This document shows positions 18,665-28,932 of a DNA stretch of 64,000 nt, piece by piece (within the stretch, counting starts at the first letter, position 1; every line of letters begins with the position of its first letter). The position numbers were made by a program, and so were the translations under genes. The stretch spans positions 544,001 through 608,000 of the forward strand of contig CBDAOY010000007.1 of the NCBI GenBank assembly GCA_965198225.1. Reading direction: 5' to 3'. The notes below the pieces were generated by a model that saw only the letters and a program-made list of their open reading frames with translations, was not told where the DNA came from and searched no databases. This DNA comes from Terriglobia bacterium (lineage in GTDB: Bacteria > Acidobacteriota > Terriglobia > 20CM-2-55-15).

Positions 18665-21103
18665 CTACTCCGGCCTTAACGCTACGATCGGGTCGACACG
18701 CGATGCACGCAGCGCTGGAATGTAGGTCGCGAGGAGGGCGGTTACCGACAGGAGCAGCGCGGCGGCGCCGAATGTCCACGGATCGGTTGAGCTCAGTTCG
18801 TAAAGCTGGCTTGCCATCACCTGGCTCAAGGCCCATGCGCCCACCAACCCTCCGCCGACCCCCAGGATCGCAACGAGCATTCCGTGGCGCATCACGAGCG
18901 ACCGCACGTCGTCGGGCCGGGCGCCGAGAGCCAGGCGGATTCCCATCTCGCCGGTTCGTTGTGCAACACCGTAGGAAATGACGCCGTACACGCCGATCGA
19001 CGCTAACAGCAGTGCGACCACGCCAAAGGCAGTGAGCAGCAGCATGCTGAAGCGCTCGCGGGCGACCGAGACAGCCACTATTCGGTCCAGGGGCGAGGTC
19101 TGCCCCAGCGCTAGATTCGGATCGAGCGACGACACCTTGGTCCTCACGTCCTGGACGAGGTTCAGCGGATCCCCCCGGGTTCGGAGCGTCATGGTCATTC
19201 GTCGGAAAGGGGCCTGGTCCAGGGGAAAGTAGAGCGACGGCGAAGAGGCCTGCGCCAGGCTCGAGTACTTCACGTCGCCGACGATTCCGACGATCTCGAC
19301 GCGGTCGTTCGAAACCCGCCCAAGAGGACCGTATTCGCCGCCGACGCCGCTGATCGTCTTGCCGATCGGGTCTTCGTCGCGGAAGTAACGCTGCCGCGCG
19401 GCCTCGTTGATGATCGCGACCGCTGGACCGTCCCGGCTATCCCGAACCTCGAAGCCTCGGCCCCGAATCAGGGGTATTCCCATGTTGCGGAAGAAGCCGG
19501 AGGCTACCTGGCGCGAGTACACCTGAGGTTCCTGCCCAACCTCCGGCGTCGGTCGACCGTCGAGGACGACCTTGACCTGATAATCCAGCTGCAAGCTCAG
19601 CGGAAGCGTCGATGTCGCTGCGACCGATTCAACCCCCGGCAGGGCCTTGAGTTCTCGGAGCAGCCTGGAATAGAAATCGGCGATTCCCTCGAAATCCGGG
19701 TAGTGGGCGAACGTAAGCCCCAAGTCGAAGGTCAGCATCCCGTCCGGGTTGAAGCCGGGGTCGGTACCGGAGAGTTTGGAGAAACTGCGAACAAGCAGGC
19801 CCGATCCAACGACGAGAACGACCGCCAACGCGAGTTCGGAGACGACGAGCGAGGTGCGGAGGTGTCCGCGGCTGGCGCCGGACGTCGAGCCGCGTCCCCC
19901 GTCGTGGAGCGAATCCTGGAGATCCGTCCGGCCCAGACGAACTGCCGGCGCCAATCCAAAGAGAAAACCGGTCAACACGGTTGTTGCGAGAGCGAACAGG
20001 AGCACCTGTGGATTGACAGAAAGCTCTCCGAACCCCCCAAGCTCGGCCGGGCCGAAAACGGTCAGGCTTCGGATCAGCCAGTAGGCGAGTCCCAGGCCAA
20101 CGATCGCCCCGACCGATGCCAGCACGACGCTCTCGGTGAGCAACTGTCGCGTGATCCGCCATCGACCGGCGCCCAGGGCAGCTCTCAAAGCGATTTCGCG
20201 ACTCCGCGCGGTCGCTCGTGCGAGCAGGAGGTTGGCCACGTTCGCACAGGCGATCAGGAGCAGGACTCCCGCAGCGCCGAAGAGGATCAGGATTGCCGGG
20301 CGGAGATCCCCCACCACCGCATCCTGGAGCGAAGTCGCCGTGACTCCGTAGCCGCGGTTCGAGCCGGGATACTCTTGCTGCAGCCGGTCGGCGACGACTC
20401 TCATTTCCCCCCGCGCCGATTCCACGGTCGAACCGGGTCGCATGCGGCCGAAGACGTCGAAGATTCGCACACCCCGGGCAAACATCTCGTTGTCGACGCT
20501 GATGGCGAGCCATACCAGCGACGATCCCGGGAAGTCGAACCCCGGCGGCGCCACGCCGATCACGGTGATCGGGCCGCCTTCCATCGTCACGGACTTTCCG
20601 ATGATGTCGGGATCGCCGCTGAGCCGGTTCTGCCAGAGCGCGTGCCCGATGACGACGACGCCCTCCCCGTTGGCGGTTCCGTCCTCGGGCGTGAATGTAC
20701 GCCCCAGAACCGTCGAGACGCCAAGGACGTCGAAGTAATTCGGCGTGACTCCGTGTCCGAGGACCTTCACCGCGTTGCCCTCGTCGTCCACCATCGTCAA
20801 GTCGTATTCTGCGTATCCTGCCAGATCCTCGATCACCGGGCTGGCTTCGATGAAATCCCGCATGTCGGGCGCCGACATCATGTCGCGCTCGATGCCCCCC
20901 TCCTGGTTGGAAGACCACACCCGGATCAGTTCATCGGGCTCAGGGTAGGGGAGTGGGTACAGGAGGACGGTATTGACGACGCTGAAGATGGCCGTCGTCG
21001 CGCCAATCCCGAGGGCCAGGGTCAGGGCCGCGACGATGCTGAAACCGGGATTGCTCCGGACGGACCGGAGGGCGAAACGGACATCGTGAAGAAGAAAATC
21101 CAT
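18665..21103 (-). CDS. ABC transporter permease, duplicated MacB/FtsX (ADOP-type orphan permease)
   Basis: LTLALGIGATTAIFSVVN, LLIACANVANLLLAR, EMGIRLALGA, RASRVDPIVALR. Confidence 0.92.
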   Translation of the reverse strand: MDFLLHDVRFALRSVRSNPGFSIVAALTLALGIGATTAIFSVVNTVLLYPLPYPEPDELIRVWSSNQEGGIERDMMSAPDMRDFIEASPVIEDLAGYAEYDLTMVDDEGNAVKVLGHGVTPNYFDVLGVSTVLGRTFTPEDGTANGEGVVVIGHALWQNRLSGDPDIIGKSVTMEGGPITVIGVAPPGFDFPGSSLVWLAISVDNEMFARGVRIFDVFGRMRPGSTVESARGEMRVVADRLQQEYPGSNRGYGVTATSLQDAVVGDLRPAILILFGAAGVLLLIACANVANLLLARATARSREIALRAALGAGRWRITRQLLTESVVLASVGAIVGLGLAYWLIRSLTVFGPAELGGFGELSVNPQVLLFALATTVLTGFLFGLAPAVRLGRTDLQDSLHDGGRGSTSGASRGHLRTSLVVSELALAVVLVVGSGLLVRSFSKLSGTDPGFNPDGMLTFDLGLTFAHYPDFEGIADFYSRLLRELKALPGVESVAATSTLPLSLQLDYQVKVVLDGRPTPEVGQEPQVYSRQVASGFFRNMGIPLIRGRGFEVRDSRDGPAVAIINEAARQRYFRDEDPIGKTISGVGGEYGPLGRVSNDRVEIVGIVGDVKYSSLAQASSPSLYFPLDQAPFRRMTMTLRTRGDPLNLVQDVRTKVSSLDPNLALGQTSPLDRIVAVSVARERFSMLLLTAFGVVALLLASIGVYGVISYGVAQRTGEMGIRLALGARPDDVRSLVMRHGMLVAILGVGGGLVGAWALSQVMASQLYELSSTDPWTFGAAALLLSVTALLATYIPALRASRVDPIVALRPE

Positions 21104-21199
21104 TGAGAAAGAAGGAGGCCGTTAACGTCGTTCCCCGACCTGTTTGCGTAGTGAACACCCGGGGATCGCAGTCAGTTAGTCCGATAGGGCGTTCCCAAA

Positions 21200-21269
21200 C
21201 TTTTCTGCTTAGCGGACACCCGGGGACAGGGCTATACCCCTGTCCCCCTCACATTGGCTCTCTCACGGG
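21200..21269. repeat. Dispersed ~70-80-bp repeat, copy 1
   Basis: ttctgcttagcggacacccggggacaggg...ccctgtccccctcaca..ggctctctc, also at 26878-26943 (reverse) and 47045-47110. Confidence 0.75.
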
Positions 21270-21301
21270 CCTTTCTTGCGCAACTGACTACCGACTACTG
21301 A

Positions 21302-22429
21302 CTACTTCTTCCCAATGTACCGTGGATCTGAAGTATCAGTCCACCGCACGGCAAAGATCTTCTGCAGTTTCTCGACCAATTCCCCGCGAAGCTCGAAGAG
21401 CCGCCGCTGCTGCCGCGGCTTTCTCTTCGTCAAGGCGTATGCCGTCAGCAGCGGCAGTGCGATCGTCGAGTCGACATAGCAGACGACGGCGTCGGGCAGC
21501 TGATCCGGGTCGACCTTTCCCCAGCTGACAGCTTCGGCCGGTGTCGCGCCCGACAGCCCTCCCGTGTCTGGGCGGGCGTCGGTGAACTGCAGGTAATAGT
21601 CATGCCCTTTTTCTTCAAGACCCAGGACTTCCTGAATCTGGGGTTCGGTCTGCAGGAGGAAGTTCTTTGGGGACCCCCCGCCGATCATGATCGCTCCGCT
21701 CTTCTTGCCCGCCTGCTTGGCGTCGTAGACGATGGCGGCCGTTTCGTTGACGTCGGCGTTGACGTCGATGAGGAGCTTTTGACCGAGTAAGGCGTTCGCC
21801 GCGACGTTCATCCCGATGGAACTGTCCCCGGGCGAGGAAGTGTAGATGGGTATCCCGCACTCATGGGCCACTCCAAGGACGGACTTACCGTCGATTCCGA
21901 GGACGCGTTCCCGCTCCAGGACGTACCGGCCGAGACGATAGTGGAATTCGGCCGAGCTCATCGTGGTCTGGAACTCGGCCTCACTGACGACTTTCTTTAC
22001 GAAGTTGTCTGTTTCGACCAGGACGTCGTACTCGAAAAGGATGTCGTAGATTCGGACGACACCTTCGTCGCGCAGCTCCCGGTCGTCGATCTCGTGAGAC
22101 CCGCGCCTCATCTCCAGACCGAGACCGAAGTGTATATCGTGGTACAGGTTCGCCCCGGTCGAGACCATCCAGTCGATGAACCCGGCCCGCATCAGGGGCA
22201 CGATCGCGGCCATTCCCAGCCCAGCAGGGGTCATCGCTCCGGAAAGGCTCATGCCGACAACGACGTCGTCTTCGAGGAAGCGCTGGGTGAACAGATGGCA
22301 GGCCTCGCGGAACCGCGCAGCGTTGTACGCGTTGAAAGTCTCGTCGACGAGGTCGACGATTGACGTTCCGGCCTCGATCTGCGGAGGATCGATATTCTTG
22401 CCGTGCAGGAAGTGCTTGTTGTGGGTCAT
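21302..22429 (-). CDS. Deoxyhypusine synthase-like protein (homospermidine biosynthesis)
   Basis: [42 protein letters not shown]. Confidence 0.88.
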   Translation of the reverse strand: MTHNKHFLHGKNIDPPQIEAGTSIVDLVDETFNAYNAARFREACHLFTQRFLEDDVVVGMSLSGAMTPAGLGMAAIVPLMRAGFIDWMVSTGANLYHDIHFGLGLEMRRGSHEIDDRELRDEGVVRIYDILFEYDVLVETDNFVKKVVSEAEFQTTMSSAEFHYRLGRYVLERERVLGIDGKSVLGVAHECGIPIYTSSPGDSSIGMNVAANALLGQKLLIDVNADVNETAAIVYDAKQAGKKSGAIMIGGGSPKNFLLQTEPQIQEVLGLEEKGHDYYLQFTDARPDTGGLSGATPAEAVSWGKVDPDQLPDAVVCYVDSTIALPLLTAYALTKRKPRQQRRLFELRGELVEKLQKIFAVRWTDTSDPRYIGKK

Positions 22430-22486
22430 ATCTCAGGACAGCCTCGAGGGCGAAAACCGGGAGTCAAGCAGCCCGTTACAGGGCCA

Positions 22487-22960
22487 CTAATAATCGAACC
22501 CGTCCGTTCGGATCCGGACGAAAGGTTCTCCGCCCTCCACGCGACCGCCGTTGACGACCTCTCCGATAACGAGCCAATGATCTCCAGCTTCGGTCGCACC
22601 GGCCAGCTTGCACTCCAGGAAGCCCGCAGCGTCGTTGAGCACAGGGATGTCCATGTCGTGGAGTGAGGTGTCCAGGCCATCAAACGGGTCGCCGTCTTCG
22701 GGGACTCCCTGCCAGAAACGCTGAAGGGACTTCTTGCTGCTCTTGCTCATGATGCTCACCGCGAACCGCTTCGATTCCCGAATCATCCGGGTGATCGGAC
22801 GGCTGTGCTGGATGGCCGTCACGATCATGGGGGGATCGAACCCGGCCTGCTGGATGAACGATGCCAGCATGGCCGCCCGGCGTCCTTCATGAGCCGTCGC
22901 CAGGATGAAAACCCCGCTGGGGATCAGGGCGAGTCCTTGACTGATACCCTCGCGTTTCAT
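22487..22960 (-). CDS. Flavin reductase domain protein
   Basis: PSGVFIL, QAGFDPP, LEC...GDHWLVIGEV. Confidence 0.85.
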   Translation of the reverse strand: MKREGISQGLALIPSGVFILATAHEGRRAAMLASFIQQAGFDPPMIVTAIQHSRPITRMIRESKRFAVSIMSKSSKKSLQRFWQGVPEDGDPFDGLDTSLHDMDIPVLNDAAGFLECKLAGATEAGDHWLVIGEVVNGGRVEGGEPFVRIRTDGFDY

Positions 22961-23099
22961 CAATATGCTCCTTTACAATGCCTGCGGGAAAAAGCCTATT
23001 CTGACGGACTTGACTACTGTTTTCAACAGACGCAGTTTGCCGGCAGCGCGGTCAAGACCCCACTGCCAGTCTGCACGACGGAGGGGCCATTCGATACCG

Positions 23100-24287
23100 A
23101 TGAACGAAGCCTTGATCGACTCTCTGCAGCAAGCCCTGCGCCGGGAGGGCGTGGATGGCTGGCTGTTCTACAGCTTTCGCGGCAGCGATCCCATCGCCGA
23201 GAATATCCTCAAGCTGGACCGTTCCCAGATTTCGAGCAGGCGTTGGGCATATTTCGTCCCGGCGGAGGGCACACCCCAGAAGGTCGTCCACGCCATCGAG
23301 TCGCATGCTCTGGACACGTTGCCAGGGGAAGACCGCGTTTACCTCCCATGGCAGCAACTTCACGAGCATCTCCGCGATGCGATGTCGGGCGCCCGCAGAG
23401 TCGCGATGCAATACTCGCCGATGAACGCAATCCCATACATTTCCAGGGTGGATGCGGGAACCGTGGAACTGGTTCGGCATTTCGGCATCGAAGTGGTTTC
23501 CTCAGCGGACCTGGTTCAGATGTTCGAGGCCGTGTGGACCGAGGGGCAGCTCGAAACGCATGTGTACGCGGCGAGGAACCTCCGGCAGATCGTGGATGAG
23601 GCATTCGGCGAGGTCCGCCGGCGAGTCCGCGACGGGATCTCGACCGATGAGTTCGACATTCAGAACTTTATCTGGTCGCAGTTCGATCTCCGGGACATGA
23701 CCTCGGCGGACCGACCGATCGTCGCGGTCAACGCCAACAGCGCCGACCCGCACTACACGCCCGATGCCCAACGCAAGGACCCGATCGACGACGGCGATTT
23801 CCTTCTGATCGACCTGTGGGCAAAGCGGCGGGTTCCGCAGTCGGTCTACGGCGACATCACCTGGACCGGCTACGTCGGGGAGTCGGTGCCGGATCGCCAC
23901 GAGAACATCTTCAAGGTCGTCCGTGACGGACGGGACGCCGCCCTGCGGCTCGTCGAAGAGCAGGCCGGGACGGCGACGCTGCGTGGGTGGCAGGTCGATG
24001 AGGCGGCCCGTCGATCCATCACCGACGCGGGCTATGGAGAGTATTTCATCCACCGCACGGGGCACTCAATCCACGAGGAGGACCACGGCAACGGCGCGAA
24101 CATCGACAGTCTCGAGACGCAGGACAACCGCAGACTCATGACTGGAACGTGTTTCTCGATCGAGCCCGGAGTCTACCTGAAAGGGGACTTCGGGGTTCGG
24201 AGTGAGGTTGACGTGTACCTCGGCGAGGACGGCCCTCTCGTCACCGGCGTTCCGATCCAGGAATTCGTCATCCCGATTCTCGCGTGA
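23100..24287 (+). CDS. M24 metallopeptidase (Xaa-Pro aminopeptidase-like)
   Basis: LIDLWAK, GDITW, HRTGHSI, SIEPGVY, GVRSE. Confidence 0.88.
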   Translation: MNEALIDSLQQALRREGVDGWLFYSFRGSDPIAENILKLDRSQISSRRWAYFVPAEGTPQKVVHAIESHALDTLPGEDRVYLPWQQLHEHLRDAMSGARRVAMQYSPMNAIPYISRVDAGTVELVRHFGIEVVSSADLVQMFEAVWTEGQLETHVYAARNLRQIVDEAFGEVRRRVRDGISTDEFDIQNFIWSQFDLRDMTSADRPIVAVNANSADPHYTPDAQRKDPIDDGDFLLIDLWAKRRVPQSVYGDITWTGYVGESVPDRHENIFKVVRDGRDAALRLVEEQAGTATLRGWQVDEAARRSITDAGYGEYFIHRTGHSIHEEDHGNGANIDSLETQDNRRLMTGTCFSIEPGVYLKGDFGVRSEVDVYLGEDGPLVTGVPIQEFVIPILA

Positions 24288-24922
24288 TGGCCGGCAGCGA
24301 GAAAATCATCATCGAGGGGCCGGCCGGCAGCCTCGAGTGCCTCTGGCTTCCGTCCGGATCCGATCCTCTCGATCGCGCTGTCGTCCTCTGCCACCCCCAT
24401 CCCCTCTACGGCGGGACGATGGAAACCAAGCTCGTGGCACGCACGGCGAAGAAATTGAGCGAATCCGGCTTCCAGACCCTTCGTTTCAACTTCAGGGGAG
24501 TCGGCCGGAGTGAAGGGAAGTGGGCCGAAGGTGCGGGCGAGCGCGACGACCTGCGGGCCGCGCTCGACTTCGTCCGTTCCCGGCTGCCCGAATGTCGGCT
24601 TGCCGTGTTCGGTTTCTCCTTTGGTGCCTGGGTCGGTTTGGACGTCGGCAACAGCCGGTCCGATGTCGAAGCCCTGGTGGGAGTGGCGCCTCCCGTGGGC
24701 CGCGTCGCGTTTGATTCTCTCCGGGACTCGAAGAAACCGAAGCTGATCGTCTATGCGGGCCGCGATGAAATAGTCGACCCCGGAGCACTGTTGGAGTGGG
24801 CTTCCGGTCTCCTGGAACCGAAAGAAGTGGCCGGAGTGCCCGACGCGGACCATCTTTTCACGGCCCAGGTCGACGAAGTCGCCGGAATGGTTGCAGCCTT
24901 CCTCCTGGAACTGCCTGGTTAG
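24287..24922 (+). CDS. Alpha/beta hydrolase
   Basis: HPHPLYGGTM, RFNFRGVG, GFSFG, DHLF. Confidence 0.88.
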   Translation: MAGSEKIIIEGPAGSLECLWLPSGSDPLDRAVVLCHPHPLYGGTMETKLVARTAKKLSESGFQTLRFNFRGVGRSEGKWAEGAGERDDLRAALDFVRSRLPECRLAVFGFSFGAWVGLDVGNSRSDVEALVGVAPPVGRVAFDSLRDSKKPKLIVYAGRDEIVDPGALLEWASGLLEPKEVAGVPDADHLFTAQVDEVAGMVAAFLLELPG

Positions 24923-25073
24923 CCCCTGTAACGGGGCCATCAGGCTTCCTCAACCGATTGCCCAGCCTTTTCCTGCTAACCATCTGTGGACCACAGGTGT
25001 CCACACGGGTAGGATAAAAGTATCGGGTTACGGTAGGCTCAGGGTGGCCTTGAGCCTAACTTCAGGAGGTTTC

Positions 25074-25784
25074 ATGCGAAGTTTCTCGATCGTAATCGTT
25101 CTCATGCTGGCTGTGGCCCTACCTGGCCTGGCCCAGCTGGACGAAAAGGTCGCCGACCGGTTCTGGTCGTCGACGAAGATCCTCGAGCAACTCGTCAACG
25201 CTCCCGACGGCGGGATTCCCCAGAAGTTGCTGAGGGACGCCGAATGTGTCGGCGTGATTCCGTCGGTAAAGCGCGCCGCCTTTGGAATTGGCGGGCGGTA
25301 CGGACGCGGTGTCGTAGTCTGTCGCAAGGATGAAGGAACGGGCCCATGGGGAGCGCCCTCGATGATCTCGCTCAGTGGGGGGAGTTTTGGTTTCCAGCTC
25401 GGAGGGCAGTCCACTGATGTCCTGATGCTGTTCATGAGTCCGGACAGCATGAGGCACTTGCTCAAGGACAAACTGACCATCGGCGGCGACATCTCGGCTG
25501 CGGCAGGGCCCAAGGGCCGCACGGTGTCTGCCGAGACCAGCGCGACGATGCGGGCCGAGATCCTGACCTACGCACGAAGCCGCGGTCTCTTCGCGGGCAT
25601 ATCCCTCGAGGGTGCCGTTCTCAAACCGGATAACGATGCCAACACGGCTCTATACGGCGGGAAGGTGAATGCGACGGATTTACTCGTGGAAGGAAAGATG
25701 TCCGCTCCCGAGCCGTCCCAGAGGTTCATCGAGACCCTGACACGGGTGGCCGCGCGTGAAGCTGAGTCCCCCAACAATCCCTGA
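25074..25784 (+). CDS. Lipid-binding SYLF/Ysc84 domain protein
   Basis: Signal peptide; GGSFGFQLGGQSTD, YARSRGLFAGISLEG. Confidence 0.9.
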   Translation: MRSFSIVIVLMLAVALPGLAQLDEKVADRFWSSTKILEQLVNAPDGGIPQKLLRDAECVGVIPSVKRAAFGIGGRYGRGVVVCRKDEGTGPWGAPSMISLSGGSFGFQLGGQSTDVLMLFMSPDSMRHLLKDKLTIGGDISAAAGPKGRTVSAETSATMRAEILTYARSRGLFAGISLEGAVLKPDNDANTALYGGKVNATDLLVEGKMSAPEPSQRFIETLTRVAAREAESPNNP

Positions 25785-25893
25785 TCATGCGTTGTGGGGA
25801 CGGCACACCGGTGCCGTCTCCGGACAATCTCGGCGCCTCCCTTTTTGATCGATTCGGCTCGCCGTTCGCCCGATTTTTGCCGTCCACCTGAAC

Positions 25894-26835
25894 ATGAGTG
25901 ACGACCAACTGGATTTGAGTAAATCGGTTTCCCTGTTCGCGCGCGACCTTGGCGTAGTCGAACTGACGGGACCAGACCGCGTTTCCTGGCTGCAAGGGAT
26001 GGTTTCCAACGACGTCGCAAGGCTGGGAGCCGGAGAGGGCTGCTACGCCGCTCACCTCAGTCCGCAGGGACGGATGATTTCACACATGTTCGTCCTTGCC
26101 GATGAGGACGCTCTGTGGCTCGAGCTCGAGCGCGACAACGTTGCTTCGACGATCGAAGAACTCGACAAGCTCCTGATCATGGAGGAAGTCGAAATCCGCG
26201 ACCGGTCCGACGAGTTCTCGCTCGCTACGCTGTTCGGAGACGGAGCTCCCTCGATACTGGGGACGTGGATCGGTGAGCCTCTGGCAATTCCGACGCAATA
26301 CGGGCATCGCCGTGTCGGTCAGTCCCGGGTTGTCTGCGGAGATCTAGGCCACGACCTCATCGTCCCGGTCGAGGAGATGCCGGGAGTTCGAAACAGACTG
26401 CTCGAGGCGGGAGCGACCCCGCGTGAGGCCGACGTCTGGAATCGCGTTCGAATCGAGGCTGGACTTCCTGCCTACGGCGTGGACGTGGACCGAACGACGA
26501 CGCTGCCCGAGTTGGGAGAAAAAGGAATCGACTACGACAAAGGGTGCTACATCGGCCAGGAAGTCGTGGCCAAGATCAAGTACATCGGCCACGTCAACCG
26601 CCGGTTTGTCGGGCTGAAGCTCGAACACGCTCTCCTGCCCGCCCCGAGGTCTCCGGTACAGATGGCCGACAAGGAGATCGGGTACGTGACCAGCGCGGTT
26701 CACTCTGCGAGGGTCGGTTCCGGAATCGCCCTCGCATTCGTGCGCCATGGCGCCGGCAAGCCCGGCACCGAAGTCGCAGTCCTCACCGAAGGTGAACCCC
26801 AACCCGCTACCGTCGTCGACCTCCCTTTCGTTTAG
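25894..26835 (+). CDS. ygfZ: Folate-binding YgfZ/GcvT-like protein
   Basis: KGCYIGQEVVAK signature. Confidence 0.85.
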   Translation: MSDDQLDLSKSVSLFARDLGVVELTGPDRVSWLQGMVSNDVARLGAGEGCYAAHLSPQGRMISHMFVLADEDALWLELERDNVASTIEELDKLLIMEEVEIRDRSDEFSLATLFGDGAPSILGTWIGEPLAIPTQYGHRRVGQSRVVCGDLGHDLIVPVEEMPGVRNRLLEAGATPREADVWNRVRIEAGLPAYGVDVDRTTTLPELGEKGIDYDKGCYIGQEVVAKIKYIGHVNRRFVGLKLEHALLPAPRSPVQMADKEIGYVTSAVHSARVGSGIALAFVRHGAGKPGTEVAVLTEGEPQPATVVDLPFV

Positions 26836-26877
26836 GCGCGGAGCCACGGAGATCTTTCTCTTTCGCCGACCAAAGTT

Positions 26878-26943
26878 CCGTGAGAGAGCCGCTGTGAGGG
26901 GGACAGGGGTTTGCCCTGTCCCCGGGTTTCCGCTACGCAGAAG
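26878..26943. repeat. Dispersed ~70-80-bp repeat, copy 2 (reverse orientation)
   Basis: Reverse complement aligns with 21200-21269. Confidence 0.75.
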
Positions 26944-27009
26944 ACTCGGTGAACGCTGCAACCTGCCACCAAGACCTCCGTGCCTTCGCGCCTCCGTGGT
27001 TAATTCTTC

Positions 27010-27906
27010 CTAGGCTCTTGGGTTGAAGGTGGAGGACTTGGCGAGTTCTTCGAAGTGACGGCGTTCGACCTCGGACAGGTCTTTCGGGACGACGATCTTC
27101 AGACGGACGTAGTGGTCTCCGCGGCCGCCGCTCCGTACGCAGAGGCCCAGTTCCCTGAGGCGAAGTTTCTGGCCGGAACTGACGCCTGCAGGAACTTTTA
27201 TTTCACTCTCGCCGTCGAGGGTCGGGACCCGGATGGTCGTTCCCAACGCTGCCTCCCATGGGCTGAGAGGTACCTCGACCTCCGTGTTGTCCCCGTCCAC
27301 CTTCAGCTCGAGCGCCCCGCCGGGGACGCGGATCTGGCTGCCGTCGCGCGCGCCGGGTGGAATGCGAACCTCGATGGACTTCTGCTTGTCGTCGACCCGC
27401 AGGTTGAGTTTGCGAGTCGTGCCACGGTGCATTTCCTCCAGGGGCAACCGGAGTTCGGTTTCCACCTTGTTCCGCGCCCGACCGGATCGGGACCGGGGTC
27501 TTCCGCCGGCCGCAGAACCACGGCCTCGTCCGGCGCCCATCTGGCCGAAGATCGACTCGAAGAAATCGCTGAAGCCACCGCGTCCCCCGAGTCCGCCGCG
27601 TGCACCGAAGATGTCTTCGAAGTTGAAATCCGTCTGGAAACCTTCGAAACCCGGTGGAGGCGTAAAATCGGCTCCGTGCTTCCAGTTCGGACCGAGCTGG
27701 TCGTATCGTTTCCGTTTTTCCACGTCGCTAAGCACTTCGTAGGCTTCCTGGATTTCCTTGAACCGGTCCTCGGCATTCTTGTTGTTCGGATTGACGTCGG
27801 GATGATACTTGCGCGCGAGCTTCCGGTAGGCTTTCTTGATCTCTTCATCGGACGCAGTGCGCCCGACGCCGAGGGTTTCGTAATAATCCTTGAACGTTAC
27901 GGCCAT
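27010..27906 (-). CDS. DnaJ-class chaperone (CbpA-like, no zinc finger)
   Basis: KDYYETLG...YHPDVN, G/F-rich linker, SPWEAALG. Confidence 0.9.
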   Translation of the reverse strand: MAVTFKDYYETLGVGRTASDEEIKKAYRKLARKYHPDVNPNNKNAEDRFKEIQEAYEVLSDVEKRKRYDQLGPNWKHGADFTPPPGFEGFQTDFNFEDIFGARGGLGGRGGFSDFFESIFGQMGAGRGRGSAAGGRPRSRSGRARNKVETELRLPLEEMHRGTTRKLNLRVDDKQKSIEVRIPPGARDGSQIRVPGGALELKVDGDNTEVEVPLSPWEAALGTTIRVPTLDGESEIKVPAGVSSGQKLRLRELGLCVRSGGRGDHYVRLKIVVPKDLSEVERRHFEELAKSSTFNPRA

Positions 27907-28008
27907 GTGTCGTCGGCAGCGCGCTTGATCCGATGGATCAAGCGTCCCTACAGTTATATAGGCCGCGAAGGCTGGAATTCCAGGATGAAAACGAAGGTTT
28001 GCGCGGCA

Positions 28009-28830
28009 TCAGACGGGGACTTCGAGCCCCTCCTGGGCGGCGATGACGTTGGGATGAATCTGTCGGGCCAGCGCGAGGATCTCTTCGATGGCAGCGTCGT
28101 CGTGGTAGGGATCGTGGTGGAAGAGAACGACCTTCTTCGCATTGACTTCCAGCGCGCTTTCCACCGATTGCTTCCACGTGCTGTGACCCCACCCCACGTG
28201 ATCGGGATACTCTTCGGGGGTGTACTGGGCGTCGACGATGAGACAGTCGGCGTCCCGGGCGAGTTCCTTGAAGTTGTTGTCACTCCAGTCCGGACCTCGC
28301 TCGACGTCGGTGCAGTAGGAGATCACCTTGTCGCTTTGCGTGATGCGGTATCCGACGCAGCCTTGTGGATGATTCAGCTTCTTCACCAGAATACTGGCCT
28401 CCGCCACCCGGAACGTCCCCTCAACCAGGTCGATGTAATCCCTGACGCATGGAAGCTTGGACATGTCGACTGGAAAGTAGGGGTTGGCCATGATGCCGGC
28501 CAGCGCATCCATTACCAGGTTCGCGTCCCGGCGGCCGGCGAAGTAAAAGGTGAAGTGGTTGTCCTCGGAGTAGAGCGGAGTGAAGAACGGAAGGCCCTGA
28601 ATGTGGTCGATGTGGAAGTGACTGAAGAAAACGTGAGCCCGAATTCTCGAGCCGTTGAATTCCTCCTCGAGTTTCTTTCCCAGGAGTCGGATACCGGTTC
28701 CGCCGTCGAATATCAGGATCTCGTTTCCGTCTGTACGAACCTCGACACAGGATGTGTTGCCGCCGTAAACGAGATTCTCTTTGAGGGGTGTCGGCGTGGA
28801 ACCCCTTACACCCCAGAATCTGACACGCAT
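28009..28830 (-). CDS. MBL-fold metallo-hydrolase
   Basis: WGVRGS, GGNTSC, SHFHIDHIQG, WGHS, FHHDP. Confidence 0.9.
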   Translation of the reverse strand: MRVRFWGVRGSTPTPLKENLVYGGNTSCVEVRTDGNEILIFDGGTGIRLLGKKLEEEFNGSRIRAHVFFSHFHIDHIQGLPFFTPLYSEDNHFTFYFAGRRDANLVMDALAGIMANPYFPVDMSKLPCVRDYIDLVEGTFRVAEASILVKKLNHPQGCVGYRITQSDKVISYCTDVERGPDWSDNNFKELARDADCLIVDAQYTPEEYPDHVGWGHSTWKQSVESALEVNAKKVVLFHHDPYHDDAAIEEILALARQIHPNVIAAQEGLEVPV

Positions 28831-28932
28831 TCAGCGTTCCCCTCTCGAAGTGCCATCAGGATGCGGAAGTATATAGCAGCACACGGTATAAGTCCAAGAG
28901 GCCGCCCTGAGCGTCGCAGGCGTTGCTCTTTG

